Shown here: in pieces, positions 20,407 to 32,895 of the stretch
Layout: each line of letters begins with the position of its first letter
Position numbering within the stretch: position 1 is the stretch's first letter
Assembly: GCF_036568485.1 (NCBI RefSeq)
Contig: NZ_DATCSL010000089.1
Span: forward strand, 30,367-94,366
DNA: 64,000 bases
Reading direction: 5' to 3'
DNA from: Thiomicrospira sp.
Lineage (GTDB): Bacteria; Pseudomonadota; Gammaproteobacteria; Thiomicrospirales; Thiomicrospiraceae
Position numbers and translations under genes: made by a program
Notes under the pieces: generated by a model
The model's database searches: none
The model's input: the letters and a program-made list of their open reading frames with translations, nothing else
Told to the model about the DNA's origin: nothing

Positions 20407-20913
20407 TTACTTAACCGTCATAGGTAGCCCAGCCACCATTAAAGTTACTTGATCGGCGCGTGCGGCCACCTGTTGATGCAAACGCCCTAGGCTATCGACA
20501 TAATCTCGAGATAAAGCGCCCATCGGCACGACACCCATCGAGATTTCATTTGACACCAGTAATAAATCGCCTTTGAACTGCACTAACGATTCGACAAAGT
20601 GGTCAATCGCCTGCTGATTCACTTGCGGATGCTCTGCAAAACACGTCATCATCCACAGGGTTAAACAGTCAATAATGACACAATGCTCAGCATCAATTGA
20701 ATTTAATGCCCCGCCCAAATCATCAGCCACCTCAAGTGTGCGCCACTCTTGTGGGCGCTGAGTTTGGTGATGTGCAATCCGGTTTTGCATTTCGGCATCG
20801 TCGGCCTGGGCTGTAGCAATATATACCACCGGCTTGGCTTGTGTTTTGGCCATCTGTTCAGCATAAGCGCTTTTGCCGGAACGTGCGCCGCCTAAAATAA
20901 AGTGAATCGACAA
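20407..20913 (-). CDS. cobU: bifunctional adenosylcobinamide kinase/adenosylcobinamide-phosphate guanylyltransferase
   Basis: 168 aa with the P-loop GGARSGKS and a CobU/CobP-type layout. Confidence 0.9.
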   Translation of the reverse strand: MSIHFILGGARSGKSAYAEQMAKTQAKPVVYIATAQADDAEMQNRIAHHQTQRPQEWRTLEVADDLGGALNSIDAEHCVIIDCLTLWMMTCFAEHPQVNQQAIDHFVESLVQFKGDLLLVSNEISMGVVPMGALSRDYVDSLGRLHQQVAARADQVTLMVAGLPMTVK

Positions 20914-21105
20914 AAAACCAACCTCAAATTAAGTGAAGGCATAATCATACCATCGGCCTCTAGGTTTTACAGACCCAGCCTTATCAAAGCGGGCATATTG
21001 CATACCTAATTCGTGAACAAATGTGAATTAACAATGTTCCGTTACTTTTATCTAAGCGTTATTGCTAAAATCAAATGCATTGATTATTAACAATGAGGAT
21101 AGATC

Positions 21106-21486
21106 ATGATTAACAAAGCCACCCTCGCATTTGCATTTATTTCGAGCCTTGCATTACACACGACGGCCATGGCGAGCGATGACATGCCACGGCATTTCAA
21201 AGGCGAAGCATCACATACACTAGAAGCAGCGGTTAAAAACTTTTCTGAGTACAACAAGGAATTGGCTGCTATTTTGCAAAAAGATGAACTTAAGCCTGTA
21301 GATATGGCAGAAATTCATAAAATCACCTATACGCTGGAAAACGCGCTAGATGTGATTGAAGATGCGATAGACAATATTGAAGACAACTTGGAAGACCTGC
21401 ACAAAGCGAGTGAAAAAGCCCAGTATGATAAAGCGCTTAAAAAGGGTCGTGAATATTTAGATGAGTCTCAAAAAATCATTCCTTAA
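21106..21486 (+). CDS. secreted helical hypothetical protein
   Basis: 126 aa with a signal peptide (…HTTAMA/SDD), rich in acidic and helical sequence. I do not confidently recognise a family. Confidence 0.5.
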   Translation: MINKATLAFAFISSLALHTTAMASDDMPRHFKGEASHTLEAAVKNFSEYNKELAAILQKDELKPVDMAEIHKITYTLENALDVIEDAIDNIEDNLEDLHKASEKAQYDKALKKGREYLDESQKIIP

Positions 21487-21502
21487 AGCTTAATTGCCGC
21501 CA

Positions 21503-21546
21503 TAAAAAAAGCGCCGTCCATAAAATGGAGGCGCTTTTTTTGTTTG
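21503..21546. terminator. bidirectional rho-independent terminator
   Basis: AAAAAAAGCGCCGTCCA-TAAAA-TGGAGGCGCTTTTTTT lies between the convergent 21106 ORF and clpA. Confidence 0.8.
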
Positions 21547-21562
21547 TACCTTAGATTAAAAA

Positions 21563-23809
21563 TTAACTTGTTGATTTAACTTTAAATACGAGGTCATCGG
21601 CTTTTAAATCAATCGTCACTTGGCCGCCATTTTGCAGCTCACCGAACAATAGTTTTTCCGCCAACGGCTGCTTAATCTTATCTTGAATTAATCGGTTCAT
21701 TGGTCGCGCGCCCATTTGTGGGTCGTAACCTTTTTTCGCCAACCAAGCTCGTGCCTTGGTGGTTAAAACCAAGGTTACTTTTTTATCCGCCAAGCTTTGT
21801 TCCAGCGCATAAATAAACTTGTTAACTACCGATTCCATCGACTTTTCAGATAACTTATTAAACTGAATCACGGCATCGAGACGGTTGCGGAATTCGGGTT
21901 TAAATACCTTTTTCAGCTCTGCTTCAAAATCTAGGGTGTGATCTTGTTCGGTAAAGCCAATGCTGGCGCGACTCATATTTTCGGCACCAACATTAGACGT
22001 CATAATCAATACCACATTGCGAAAATCGACTTTACGGCCGTTGTTGTCGGTTAAGGTGCCGTGATCCATCACTTGTAATAATAGGTTATAAACATCGGGA
22101 TGGGCTTTTTCAATTTCATCCAACAAGACCACCGAATGAGGCTGACGGTTGACGGCTTCAGTCAACAAACCACCCTGATCATAACCCACATATCCAGGCG
22201 GCGCACCAATTAAACGCGATACGGTATGGCGTTCCATATATTCCGACATGTCAAATCGAATCAACTCCACGCCTAGATGTTTTGCCATCTGCTGGGTTAA
22301 TTCGGTTTTACCTACCCCAGTTGGGCCGGAAAACAAAAAACTGCCGGTTGGTTTGTCTGGGCTAGCTAAACCGGAACGTGCCAATTTAATCGCCGAGACC
22401 AACTGTTTAATGGCATGATCTTGGCCAAAAACCACTCGCTTCAAACTGTCCTCTAGATCAAACAATTTGTCTTTTTCTTTCTGGGTAATGTTGGCGATTG
22501 GAATACGCGCAATATTCGCCACCACTTGCTGGATTTCTGGCACCCCAATCTGTTTACGGCGTTTACTTGCCACCATCAAACGTTGTTTAGCACCCGCTTC
22601 ATCAATCACATCAATCGCTTTGTCAGGTAAATGGCGATCGGTAATATAACGCTCCGCCAATTCAGCTGCGGCTTTTAACGCCGGTTGGGTATATTTAACA
22701 TCGTGATGCGATTCAAACTGCTCTTTTAAGCCTTTTAAAATTTGTATGGTTTCAACCACTGAAGGTTCACGTACTTCGACTTTCTGAAAACGTCGCGCTA
22801 ACGCACGGTCTTTTTCAAAGATACCGCGATACTCTTCATAAGTGGTCGCGCCAATGCAACGTAACTTTCCATTGGCCAGTGCGGGCTTCATTAGGTTAGA
22901 CGCATCCATTGCACCACCTTGCACCGCACCAGCCCCAATAATAGTATGTATTTCATCAATAAACAGAATCGCATGCGGTTGTTTCTCAAGGCTATTAAGT
23001 AGAGATTTAAAACGTTTTTCAAAATCACCACGGTAACGTGTACCGGCTAATAACGCACCCATATCCAGGCTGTAAACCACCGCATCACCTAAGCTCTCCG
23101 GTACTTCGCCATGCACAATTTTATGAGCTAAACCTTCTGCAATGGAGGTTTTACCCACACCGGGTTCCCCAACTAATAATGGGTTGTTTTTACGGCGGCG
23201 ACTTAATATTTCTAAGGTGCGATTCAACTCCCAACCCCGCCCAATCATCGGGTCAATTCGACCTTCGAGCGCTTGTTGATTTAGATTAAGCGTAAAGTTT
23301 TTTAAGGCATCATCGTTGGAGGATTCACTTGCTTGTTCCGAAGATTCATCCTCTTCTGCACGATAATATTCATGCTCATCAGATGAAACAATGCCATGGG
23401 ATAAGTAACTAAGCACATCAACACGCTGAATGCCGTTCAACTCTAAAAGATAAGCTGCATGCGAGTCGGGTTCAGCATACATTGCCGCTAACAAATGCAC
23501 CCCCATGACTTCGTTATAGCCGTTAGATTGGACCATATAAATCGCACGCTCAATCACACGCTGAAACCCCATTGAAGGATGGATTTCTTGACGATCCGGG
23601 TTGGCCACAACCGGTTCAGATTCTAGATACTCTTCGAGAGCAGCTTCAATTTGTTCTAATTGGCCGCCACAGGCCACTACCACTTCTTGCACATCCGGCA
23701 AGCTGAGTAGCTCTAATAGCAAATGCTCCAAGGTAACGAACTCATGTTCGTATTCATGTGCCATACCAAAGGCATTGCTGAGTGACATTTGCACGGGTTT
23801 ACTTAACAT
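21563..23809 (-). CDS. clpA: ATP-dependent Clp protease ATP-binding subunit ClpA
   Basis: 748 aa with two AAA+ modules (GEPGVGKT and GPTGVGKT). clpS is immediately upstream. Confidence 0.95.
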   Translation of the reverse strand: MLSKPVQMSLSNAFGMAHEYEHEFVTLEHLLLELLSLPDVQEVVVACGGQLEQIEAALEEYLESEPVVANPDRQEIHPSMGFQRVIERAIYMVQSNGYNEVMGVHLLAAMYAEPDSHAAYLLELNGIQRVDVLSYLSHGIVSSDEHEYYRAEEDESSEQASESSNDDALKNFTLNLNQQALEGRIDPMIGRGWELNRTLEILSRRRKNNPLLVGEPGVGKTSIAEGLAHKIVHGEVPESLGDAVVYSLDMGALLAGTRYRGDFEKRFKSLLNSLEKQPHAILFIDEIHTIIGAGAVQGGAMDASNLMKPALANGKLRCIGATTYEEYRGIFEKDRALARRFQKVEVREPSVVETIQILKGLKEQFESHHDVKYTQPALKAAAELAERYITDRHLPDKAIDVIDEAGAKQRLMVASKRRKQIGVPEIQQVVANIARIPIANITQKEKDKLFDLEDSLKRVVFGQDHAIKQLVSAIKLARSGLASPDKPTGSFLFSGPTGVGKTELTQQMAKHLGVELIRFDMSEYMERHTVSRLIGAPPGYVGYDQGGLLTEAVNRQPHSVVLLDEIEKAHPDVYNLLLQVMDHGTLTDNNGRKVDFRNVVLIMTSNVGAENMSRASIGFTEQDHTLDFEAELKKVFKPEFRNRLDAVIQFNKLSEKSMESVVNKFIYALEQSLADKKVTLVLTTKARAWLAKKGYDPQMGARPMNRLIQDKIKQPLAEKLLFGELQNGGQVTIDLKADDLVFKVKSTS

Positions 23810-23828
23810 ATTCTGGTTCTCAATCGCT

Positions 23829-24143
23829 TTATTCGGCTTCGATTTGGCACAGTAATGGGTGCTGGTTCTGACGTGAAAATTGATTCACTTGATAGGCCTT
23901 GGTCTCCGCCACATCGCGGCTATACACGCCACAAATCCCTTTACCTTGGTGGTGGACTGCGAGCATAACTTGCATGGCTTTGGCCTCATCCATCGCAAAA
24001 AATCGCATTAAGACATCCACCACAAAATCCATCGGCGTAAAGTCATCATTTAATAATACAACTTTATAACGTTTAGGCGGCTTGGCTTTTTGTGTTGCCT
24101 TATCTAACAACAGATTATCACTGGTTTCATCGAAATGAGACAT
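23829..24143 (-). CDS. clpS: Clp protease adaptor ClpS
   Basis: 104 aa with YKV.LLNDD.TPMDFV, typical of ClpS. Confidence 0.93.
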   Translation of the reverse strand: MSHFDETSDNLLLDKATQKAKPPKRYKVVLLNDDFTPMDFVVDVLMRFFAMDEAKAMQVMLAVHHQGKGICGVYSRDVAETKAYQVNQFSRQNQHPLLCQIEAE

Positions 24144-24173
24144 AAAGTTTTAGCTTTCAAATTATTTGACAAA

Positions 24174-24959
24174 TTAAGCGGCAATTAAACGCGCATAGAG
24201 ATGGCCGGCTAGACCACGTTCATCGGAGGGTAAGCCTTTGTTATGAACTTTAATAAAATCATTCTGACTATAATTAATGGGAACAACCACGGTTAGCGCG
24301 CCCACCGGTGACTCAAATTGTACCTTAGAACCAGGCACTAGCAAACTTTTCGGCACTTTTACTTCGCCATATAAATCGGCACCTTTTAATTTCCAGCTTA
24401 AGCTGTCCTGGCTAATTTTAAAGCTGACTAGATAATCACCCGGACGACCCCCAAATAAACCCTGGTAACCTTTGCCTTTTAAGCGGAAGGTTTTGCCTTC
24501 AAACGCTTGCCGAGTAAACTTCATTTTTACCTTTAGACCTGGAATATAAAAGAAGCCTTGGTGAAGTAATCGAATGGCATAACGCAGGGTTAACGGATAA
24601 GCAATCACGCGATCCTTACCATTTACGGGGGCACGCTGCCATTGACGGTGGTTTTGATAATGTGGGTTGGATTGCTGAGACTGCCAAGATGATTGCTGCT
24701 GGTTAAAACCCGAATGGTTCGAACGGTTATGACGACGTTTGTGTTCTCGGCAATAAGCGTCCCGATACTTACTTAAAACCTCGTAAGCCTCTGAAATTTC
24801 TTGGAATTTCGTGGTCGCATCCGGCATTTTGGAGACATCGGGATGATAACGTCTTGCCATACGCCGATAGGCTAGCTTAACGGTCTTTTCGCAGGCCTGG
24901 TCATGTAATCCCAGTACAGCAAAATAATCTTTAGTGACATCAAAGTGTTGCGATAACAT
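24174..24959 (-). CDS. J-domain protein with a Q/N/H/S-rich linker and a DnaJ-C-like domain (CbpA-like)
   Basis: J domain DYFAVLGL…YRRMARRYHPDVS…EAYEVL, a low-complexity linker NRSNHSGFNQQQSSWQSQQSNPHYQNHRQWQ, and a C-terminal beta domain. I prefer the ATG at 24959 to the TTG at 24977. Confidence 0.75.
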   Translation of the reverse strand: MLSQHFDVTKDYFAVLGLHDQACEKTVKLAYRRMARRYHPDVSKMPDATTKFQEISEAYEVLSKYRDAYCREHKRRHNRSNHSGFNQQQSSWQSQQSNPHYQNHRQWQRAPVNGKDRVIAYPLTLRYAIRLLHQGFFYIPGLKVKMKFTRQAFEGKTFRLKGKGYQGLFGGRPGDYLVSFKISQDSLSWKLKGADLYGEVKVPKSLLVPGSKVQFESPVGALTVVVPINYSQNDFIKVHNKGLPSDERGLAGHLYARLIAA

Positions 24960-25198
24960 GCTTTGAGAAAGCCCCAATTGATAACCAAAATTTGAACCCC
25001 AACCAAGTTGAGTATTCCCCTAAATGCGGCTTTTAGCCCAAAAACAGCTAGCAAAGTTAATGCCACTTTTTCGCCTTCCAGGCCGTTTTGACTTTTAATT
25101 TAAAGCACTCAGTCTTTAAGCAGCTTGAGTTTCAAACTATTAAATAGCGGTTCGCGTTAAAATAGTCTAAATTTTAGCATTTCGAATCAAGTCAAAAT

Positions 25199-25756
25199 AT
25201 GTCTAGCGTACTTTTATTTAATAAACCCTATAACGTTTTATGCCAATTCACCGATGATCTGGGACGTGAAACCCTTGCCGATTATATTCAACAACCTGGA
25301 TTTTATGCTGCAGGTCGGTTGGATCGTGACAGTGAGGGCTTATTGGTTTTGACCAACGATGGGCCATTACAGCACCAAATAAGTGATCCTAAACATAAAT
25401 TAGCTAAAACCTATTGGGCACAAGTGGAAGGTCTGATTGATTCAGCCGCTATCAAACAATTATGCAAAGGTGTGATGTTAAAAGATGGTCCAACCAAGCC
25501 CGCACAGGCTCAAATGGTAAATGAGCCAGACTGGTTATGGCCGCGTAACCCACCAATACGAGAACGACAATCCATTCCGACCAGCTGGCTAAAACTTACT
25601 ATCACTGAAGGTAGAAACCGGCAGGTCAGGCGTATGACTGCGGCGGTGGGTTTTCCAACTTTACGTTTAATTCGAAGCCAAGTTGGGCCTTTCAACTTAG
25701 ATGGACTCACACTCGGCCAAAGCCGATTAATTCACCAGGTCAATCTGTTAAAATAA
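25199..25756 (+). CDS. rluE: 23S rRNA pseudouridine synthase E
   Basis: 185 aa, RsuA/RluE family without an S4 domain, with the catalytic [11 protein letters not shown]. Confidence 0.82.
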   Translation: MSSVLLFNKPYNVLCQFTDDLGRETLADYIQQPGFYAAGRLDRDSEGLLVLTNDGPLQHQISDPKHKLAKTYWAQVEGLIDSAAIKQLCKGVMLKDGPTKPAQAQMVNEPDWLWPRNPPIRERQSIPTSWLKLTITEGRNRQVRRMTAAVGFPTLRLIRSQVGPFNLDGLTLGQSRLIHQVNLLK

Positions 25757-25783
25757 CCACTTATTTATTGAATAGAATTAACT

Positions 25784-26911
25784 ATGAACTCAAACACCAA
25801 AGTCATTGTCGGTTTATCCGGTGGCGTAGATTCTTCGGTTACCGCCCTACTGCTCAAACAGCAGGGATATCAGGTCGAAGGTTTGTTTATGAAAAACTGG
25901 GAAGGCGATGATACCGAAGACTACTGCCCCGCCGCAGAAGATTTACAAGATGTCTTTAGTATTTGCGAACAGCTTGATATTCCTTTGCATGTGGAAAATT
26001 TTTCGAATGAATATTGGGATCGCGTTTTTGAACACTTTTTAGCCGAATATAAAGCCGGTCGTACGCCAAATCCTGATATTTTGTGTAATAAAGAAATCAA
26101 GTTTAAAGCTTTTCTAGACCATGCATTAGCCTTGGGTGCCGATAAAATCGCAACCGGTCACTATGCACGCGTTGCTCAGACTGAGAATGGTGACTTCCAG
26201 CTATTAAAAGGGCTAGATAACAATAAAGATCAAAGTTATTTCTTATATACCTTGCAACAAAATGCCCTAAGTAAAACCCTATTTCCAGTTGGGGAGTTAC
26301 AAAAACCTGAAGTTAGGAAACTGGCTGAAGAGGCCGAATTGATTGTGCACAATAAAAAAGACAGCACCGGCATTTGTTTTATTGGTGAGCGTAAATTCAA
26401 AGACTTTCTGCAACGCTACCTGCCTGCTCAACCCGGTGACATTATTAATGAACATGGCGACATAATTGGACGCCATGAAGGATTGATGTATTACACGTTA
26501 GGTCAGCGTAAAGGTTTAGGAATCGGTGGCGGTCACGGAGAACTCGACAGCCCTTGGTTCGTTGCGGATAAAAACCTACAAACCAATCAGTTAATTGCCG
26601 TACAAGGTGAAACGCATCCTTTACTACACCACAAGGCTTTAAGAGCAAGCCAACTGGATTGGGTCAAGGGCGAATGTCCAGCGATTAATAAGCCACTAAA
26701 AGCCAAAATTCGTTATCGTCAAACGGAGCAGCCATGTCAAATCAAACAGTCTCATAATGGCCAAATTTTAGTCGAGTTCGACTTAGCCCAAAAAGCCATT
26801 ACACCTGGTCAATCAATCGTATTTTATGATGAACAAGTTTGCCTTGGAGGCGGAGTCATTGAAGAGCGTGCTAATTCAGTGAATGCCCTAGAGATCAACC
26901 CAGTTAACTAA
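25784..26911 (+). CDS. mnmA: tRNA 2-thiouridine(34) synthase
   Basis: PP-loop GLSGGVDSS and conserved Cys residues. hflD follows it, as in E. coli. Confidence 0.95.
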   Translation: MNSNTKVIVGLSGGVDSSVTALLLKQQGYQVEGLFMKNWEGDDTEDYCPAAEDLQDVFSICEQLDIPLHVENFSNEYWDRVFEHFLAEYKAGRTPNPDILCNKEIKFKAFLDHALALGADKIATGHYARVAQTENGDFQLLKGLDNNKDQSYFLYTLQQNALSKTLFPVGELQKPEVRKLAEEAELIVHNKKDSTGICFIGERKFKDFLQRYLPAQPGDIINEHGDIIGRHEGLMYYTLGQRKGLGIGGGHGELDSPWFVADKNLQTNQLIAVQGETHPLLHHKALRASQLDWVKGECPAINKPLKAKIRYRQTEQPCQIKQSHNGQILVEFDLAQKAITPGQSIVFYDEQVCLGGGVIEERANSVNALEINPVN

Positions 26912-26920
26912 AGGAATCCT

Positions 26921-27589
26921 ATGTCGAACTACACAGATCAAGATCGTAGCCTCGCGCTCACTGGTATTTACCAAACGGCCAAGTTGGTTTTTGATTTGGC
27001 CACCACAGGCAAGCTTGATGAACAAGCCTACCAGACCTCGATCAACTCTTTGTTTGTCGACAACCCCAGCTCAACCTTAGATGTTTATGGCAACGATGCT
27101 AAAAATATACAAGTTGGGGTAAAGACCTTGTTATCACAAATGGGCGCAACTGATGCCGAGGAAATACGCAATTTAGAGGTCACTCGTTATGCGCTCAACT
27201 TGATCTTGTTAGAACGCAGTTTAGCCAAGGACAATAGTGCACTGGATAAGGTGGCAAACACATTGGATACCGCCAGAAACCAACGTGCTCATTTTGATGA
27301 CTGGCACGAAAATGTGATTGCCTCGATTGCACGAGCTTATACAGAAAACGTTAGTCAGCTCAGCCCGCGCATTATGGTAAAAGGTCAACATGGTCACTTA
27401 CAAAAACCACAAAATGCCAATAAAATACGCGCCCTGTTACTTGCTGGCATTCGCTCCGCCATGCTTTGGCGTCAAGTCGGTGGGACTCGTTGGGGATTGC
27501 TTTGGAATCGCAAAAAATATTTACAAAACGCGCAAGCTTTATACCGTTCCAATCACAGCTCAGATCAGAATCGTTTTAAACCGAATTAA
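26921..27589 (+). CDS. hflD: high-frequency-of-lysogenization protein HflD
   Basis: 222 aa with …SLALTGIYQTAKLV… typical of HflD. Synteny with mnmA supports the call. Confidence 0.82.
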   Translation: MSNYTDQDRSLALTGIYQTAKLVFDLATTGKLDEQAYQTSINSLFVDNPSSTLDVYGNDAKNIQVGVKTLLSQMGATDAEEIRNLEVTRYALNLILLERSLAKDNSALDKVANTLDTARNQRAHFDDWHENVIASIARAYTENVSQLSPRIMVKGQHGHLQKPQNANKIRALLLAGIRSAMLWRQVGGTRWGLLWNRKKYLQNAQALYRSNHSSDQNRFKPN

Positions 27590-27605
27590 TTTAAACTTTA
27601 TGTAA

Positions 27606-27643
27606 GCCAATAAAAAAGCGCCTTAAGGCGCTTTTTTATTGGC
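27606..27643. terminator. bidirectional rho-independent terminator
   Basis: The 38-nt near-perfect palindrome GCCAATAAAAAAGCGCCTTAAGGCGCTTTTTTATTGGC lies between convergent hflD and ppiD. Confidence 0.85.
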
Positions 27644-27656
27644 TTTTGATATGTTT

Positions 27657-29552
27657 CTATTTTATTGTTTTATAAAGCTCGGGCTTCTTAATCTTAGCAG
27701 CGGCTTTAATCGAATCAATACGCGCCTCAACTTCAGAAGCACCATAGATTGAAACTAACGCCTGCTCTATCTGACCCATTTGTGAGCGAGTCTCTTCATT
27801 TTCAAGCACATCTACCTGGTTAATACGAACCAACACGGTATCCCCCGTCGTTAGCTGAGTACGCGTCCAGCTCGGTTGATCATCCTGAGGTTTTTTCGCC
27901 TTAAAAGCAGCTTGAGAAATTTGGGGTAAAACTTGCTGGTTTTGACGTTCAATAAAACCGACCACATGCCACTCTACACCTGAGCGCACCAAGGATTTTG
28001 GATCTTTGCCTTCTTCAATCTGAGCCATCACTTCGTCAGCTAACTTAGCGGCTTTTTCTATGGAAGCTTGGCGAACTAAACGCGCGTTAATCTGATCTTT
28101 TACTTCCGCAAAAGTTTGCTGATACTCAGGCGTGTAATCTTTGATACGCAATACAATCGAAGTATTGGGTTCCACTTCAATCGCGGCTGAGTTTAGACGT
28201 GATTTAAATACGTCTTCTGAAAAGGTGGCTTCCAATACTTTGGGCAACGCCATCCAACCTTCAGTCGCGCCTTCACGTGGAAAAGCTTCAGAAGTTTGAA
28301 TATCACCATCTACAATTGACAGCAAAGGCTCAAGGCTATCTGGTTGCTCATAAGCCACTGTATTCAAGGTTTCAAGCTGCTCAAAATAGAGGCGTTCCGC
28401 CATTTCAAGCTTTAGCTGTTCTTCTACATCTTGTTTGACGTCTTTAAAATCCAATGCACGCTGTTCGTTAATATCAGTTAATTGGATTAAGTGCCAACCA
28501 AAATCGGTTTTAACAACATCACTAACCTCATTCACTTGCATGTTAAATACCACTTCATCAAACTCGGGCACCATCATACCGGCTTCGAAAAAATCAAGGT
28601 CTCCACCGTTCATTGCAGAACCTGGATCTTGCGAATGCACTTTTGCAAGTTCGGCAAAATCTTCTCCGGCGGCTAATTTAGCTTGAATATCCTTAATCTC
28701 AGCCAACGCAGCTTCTTCATCTTCACCACGAATCAAGATATGGCGCGCACGGCGCATTTCCGGCTGAGTAAACATTGCAATATTGGTTTCGTAATACTCA
28801 CGTACGTCTTGATCACTGATCTGTAAGCTTTCAGCAATCTTATCCATGGATAACGTGACATATTCAACGACCACTTGTTCAGGTGTAATAAAACCATCTT
28901 TATTGGCTTCGTAATAAGATTGCATATCCTCTTCGCTGACTTCAATTTGATCACGATATACACGCTGATCTAAACGAATGTAGTCAATATCACGACGCTG
29001 ATTTTGTAATTGGAAAAGTGTTTCTAGTTCAGAGGGTGTGGTAAAAACCGAACTTTCTGTTAAACCTCTAAACTGGGATTCAATTAGAAACTGGCGTTGC
29101 TCAAATTCAAAACTTGACACGGTTAGACCATTTCTCATCAGTAGGTCTTGATATACCTGTTCAGAAAACTGACCGTTTTCTTGAAACACTTCAGCCGCTT
29201 GAATCACCGATGCCAATTGCTGATCGCTGATTAGTAACCCCTGTTTTTCAGCCCATTGTTTAATTAATCGGCTTTCAATCAATGAATCTAATACCTGCTC
29301 GCGTAGCTGCGCATCCTCAACCACTTGATCATACATATCGCCAAACTGTTCCTGCAAACGCATGCGCTGGCGATTATAAAAACGTAAAAAGTCAGTGCCA
29401 CTAATCGATTCGCCATTAACCTCTGCTACTACTTGCTGACGTTCACCAGTTGAGTATTGATCAATGCCCCACAAGGCAAAAGGAACAATCAATACCAACA
29501 CAATGGCCCAAGCTATCCAGCCCTGAACTTTTTCACGAATCGCTAATAACAT
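27657..29552 (-). CDS. ppiD: periplasmic chaperone / peptidyl-prolyl isomerase PpiD
   Basis: 631 aa with an N-terminal TM anchor, a SurA-N-like region and a parvulin domain (…ARHILI…GGDLDFF…). Confidence 0.88.
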   Translation of the reverse strand: MLLAIREKVQGWIAWAIVLVLIVPFALWGIDQYSTGERQQVVAEVNGESISGTDFLRFYNRQRMRLQEQFGDMYDQVVEDAQLREQVLDSLIESRLIKQWAEKQGLLISDQQLASVIQAAEVFQENGQFSEQVYQDLLMRNGLTVSSFEFEQRQFLIESQFRGLTESSVFTTPSELETLFQLQNQRRDIDYIRLDQRVYRDQIEVSEEDMQSYYEANKDGFITPEQVVVEYVTLSMDKIAESLQISDQDVREYYETNIAMFTQPEMRRARHILIRGEDEEAALAEIKDIQAKLAAGEDFAELAKVHSQDPGSAMNGGDLDFFEAGMMVPEFDEVVFNMQVNEVSDVVKTDFGWHLIQLTDINEQRALDFKDVKQDVEEQLKLEMAERLYFEQLETLNTVAYEQPDSLEPLLSIVDGDIQTSEAFPREGATEGWMALPKVLEATFSEDVFKSRLNSAAIEVEPNTSIVLRIKDYTPEYQQTFAEVKDQINARLVRQASIEKAAKLADEVMAQIEEGKDPKSLVRSGVEWHVVGFIERQNQQVLPQISQAAFKAKKPQDDQPSWTRTQLTTGDTVLVRINQVDVLENEETRSQMGQIEQALVSIYGASEVEARIDSIKAAAKIKKPELYKTIK

Positions 29553-29686
29553 CCAAATTCCTTTAATCAGCTAAATTTTTTAATCGCCATATCATACCAA
29601 GCTAGATTGTGACTTTGCATAAAAAATTGAATTAGTTGCGGGCTTTTGTCGATTTCACATAGAATGGCCTCACCGTTTATTACAAG

Positions 29687-30055
29687 ATGACTAATATGAA
29701 GAAAATACTTTACGTTGACGATGCTCATTCATTACGGCAACTCATGGATATGGTGTTATCTAAACACTACCAAATAAGTTTGGCAGAAAATGGCGCAGAG
29801 GGACTGCAACTGGCTCAAGAGTCGGACTTTGATCTCGTGATATCGGATATTAACATGCCGGTTATGAATGGTTTTGAGTTGTTAGAAAATCTTCGTAAGC
29901 TAGACAAGTATAAGTTCACACCTATTCTGATGCTAACCACCGAGGCCAGCGCCGAAATGAAAGAGCAAGGCAAACAATCTGGTGCAACTGGCTGGATCAT
30001 TAAACCTTTCGACCCAGATAAAATACTCAAAGTGATTGAACGCGTGCTTGGTTAA
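29687..30055 (+). CDS. stand-alone CheY-like response-regulator receiver
   Basis: 122 aa with the DD pair (YVDDA), phospho-acceptor D in ISDINMP, T in LTTE and K in IIKP. There is no output domain. The ATG at 29696 is an alternative start. Confidence 0.85.
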   Translation: MTNMKKILYVDDAHSLRQLMDMVLSKHYQISLAENGAEGLQLAQESDFDLVISDINMPVMNGFELLENLRKLDKYKFTPILMLTTEASAEMKEQGKQSGATGWIIKPFDPDKILKVIERVLG

Positions 30056-30069
30056 GATGTGCGTTTTTA

Positions 30070-30110
30070 ATGTATAAAAAAAGGCTCAATATGAGCCTTT
30101 TTTTATACAT
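30070..30110. terminator. bidirectional rho-independent terminator
   Basis: ATGTATAAAAAAAGGCTCA-ATA-TGAGCCTTTTTTTATACAT lies between the receiver gene and purA. Confidence 0.85.
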
Positions 30111-30126
30111 AGTAGGTATCTAAATT

Positions 30127-32648
<2,522 letters not shown>

Positions 32649-32656
32649 CTTTATTT

Positions 32657-32845
32657 TTAACCCCAAATCCACAATATAAGTAACCCAATTGAAATACTAA
32701 TCAATCCGGTTAACCTTAATTGGTTTTCGGGCATTTGTGTGGCTTGAGTCATGACACGACGCCAAAAGTTAGGAAACAGAAATGGCAATAAACCCTCGAA
32801 TATAAATACCAGAGCAATCGCACTAATTAGAGCTGTTTCAAACAT
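32657..32845 (-). CDS. DUF2065 (YjeT-like) small membrane protein
   Basis: 62 aa with two TM helices, positioned after hflC as yjeT is in E. coli. Confidence 0.7.
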   Translation of the reverse strand: MFETALISAIALVFIFEGLLPFLFPNFWRRVMTQATQMPENQLRLTGLISISIGLLILWIWG

Positions 32846-32856
32846 AAGGTGCTTCC

Positions 32857-32884
32857 ATAAAAAAGGTGGGTTACCCCACCTTCG
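32857..32884 (-). terminator. rho-independent terminator or attenuator after hflC
   Basis: On the minus strand, AAGGTGGG-GTAA-CCCACCTT is followed by a T-run. It lies between the hflC stop and the DUF2065 start. Confidence 0.6.
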
Positions 32885-32895
32885 TGTGTGACATT

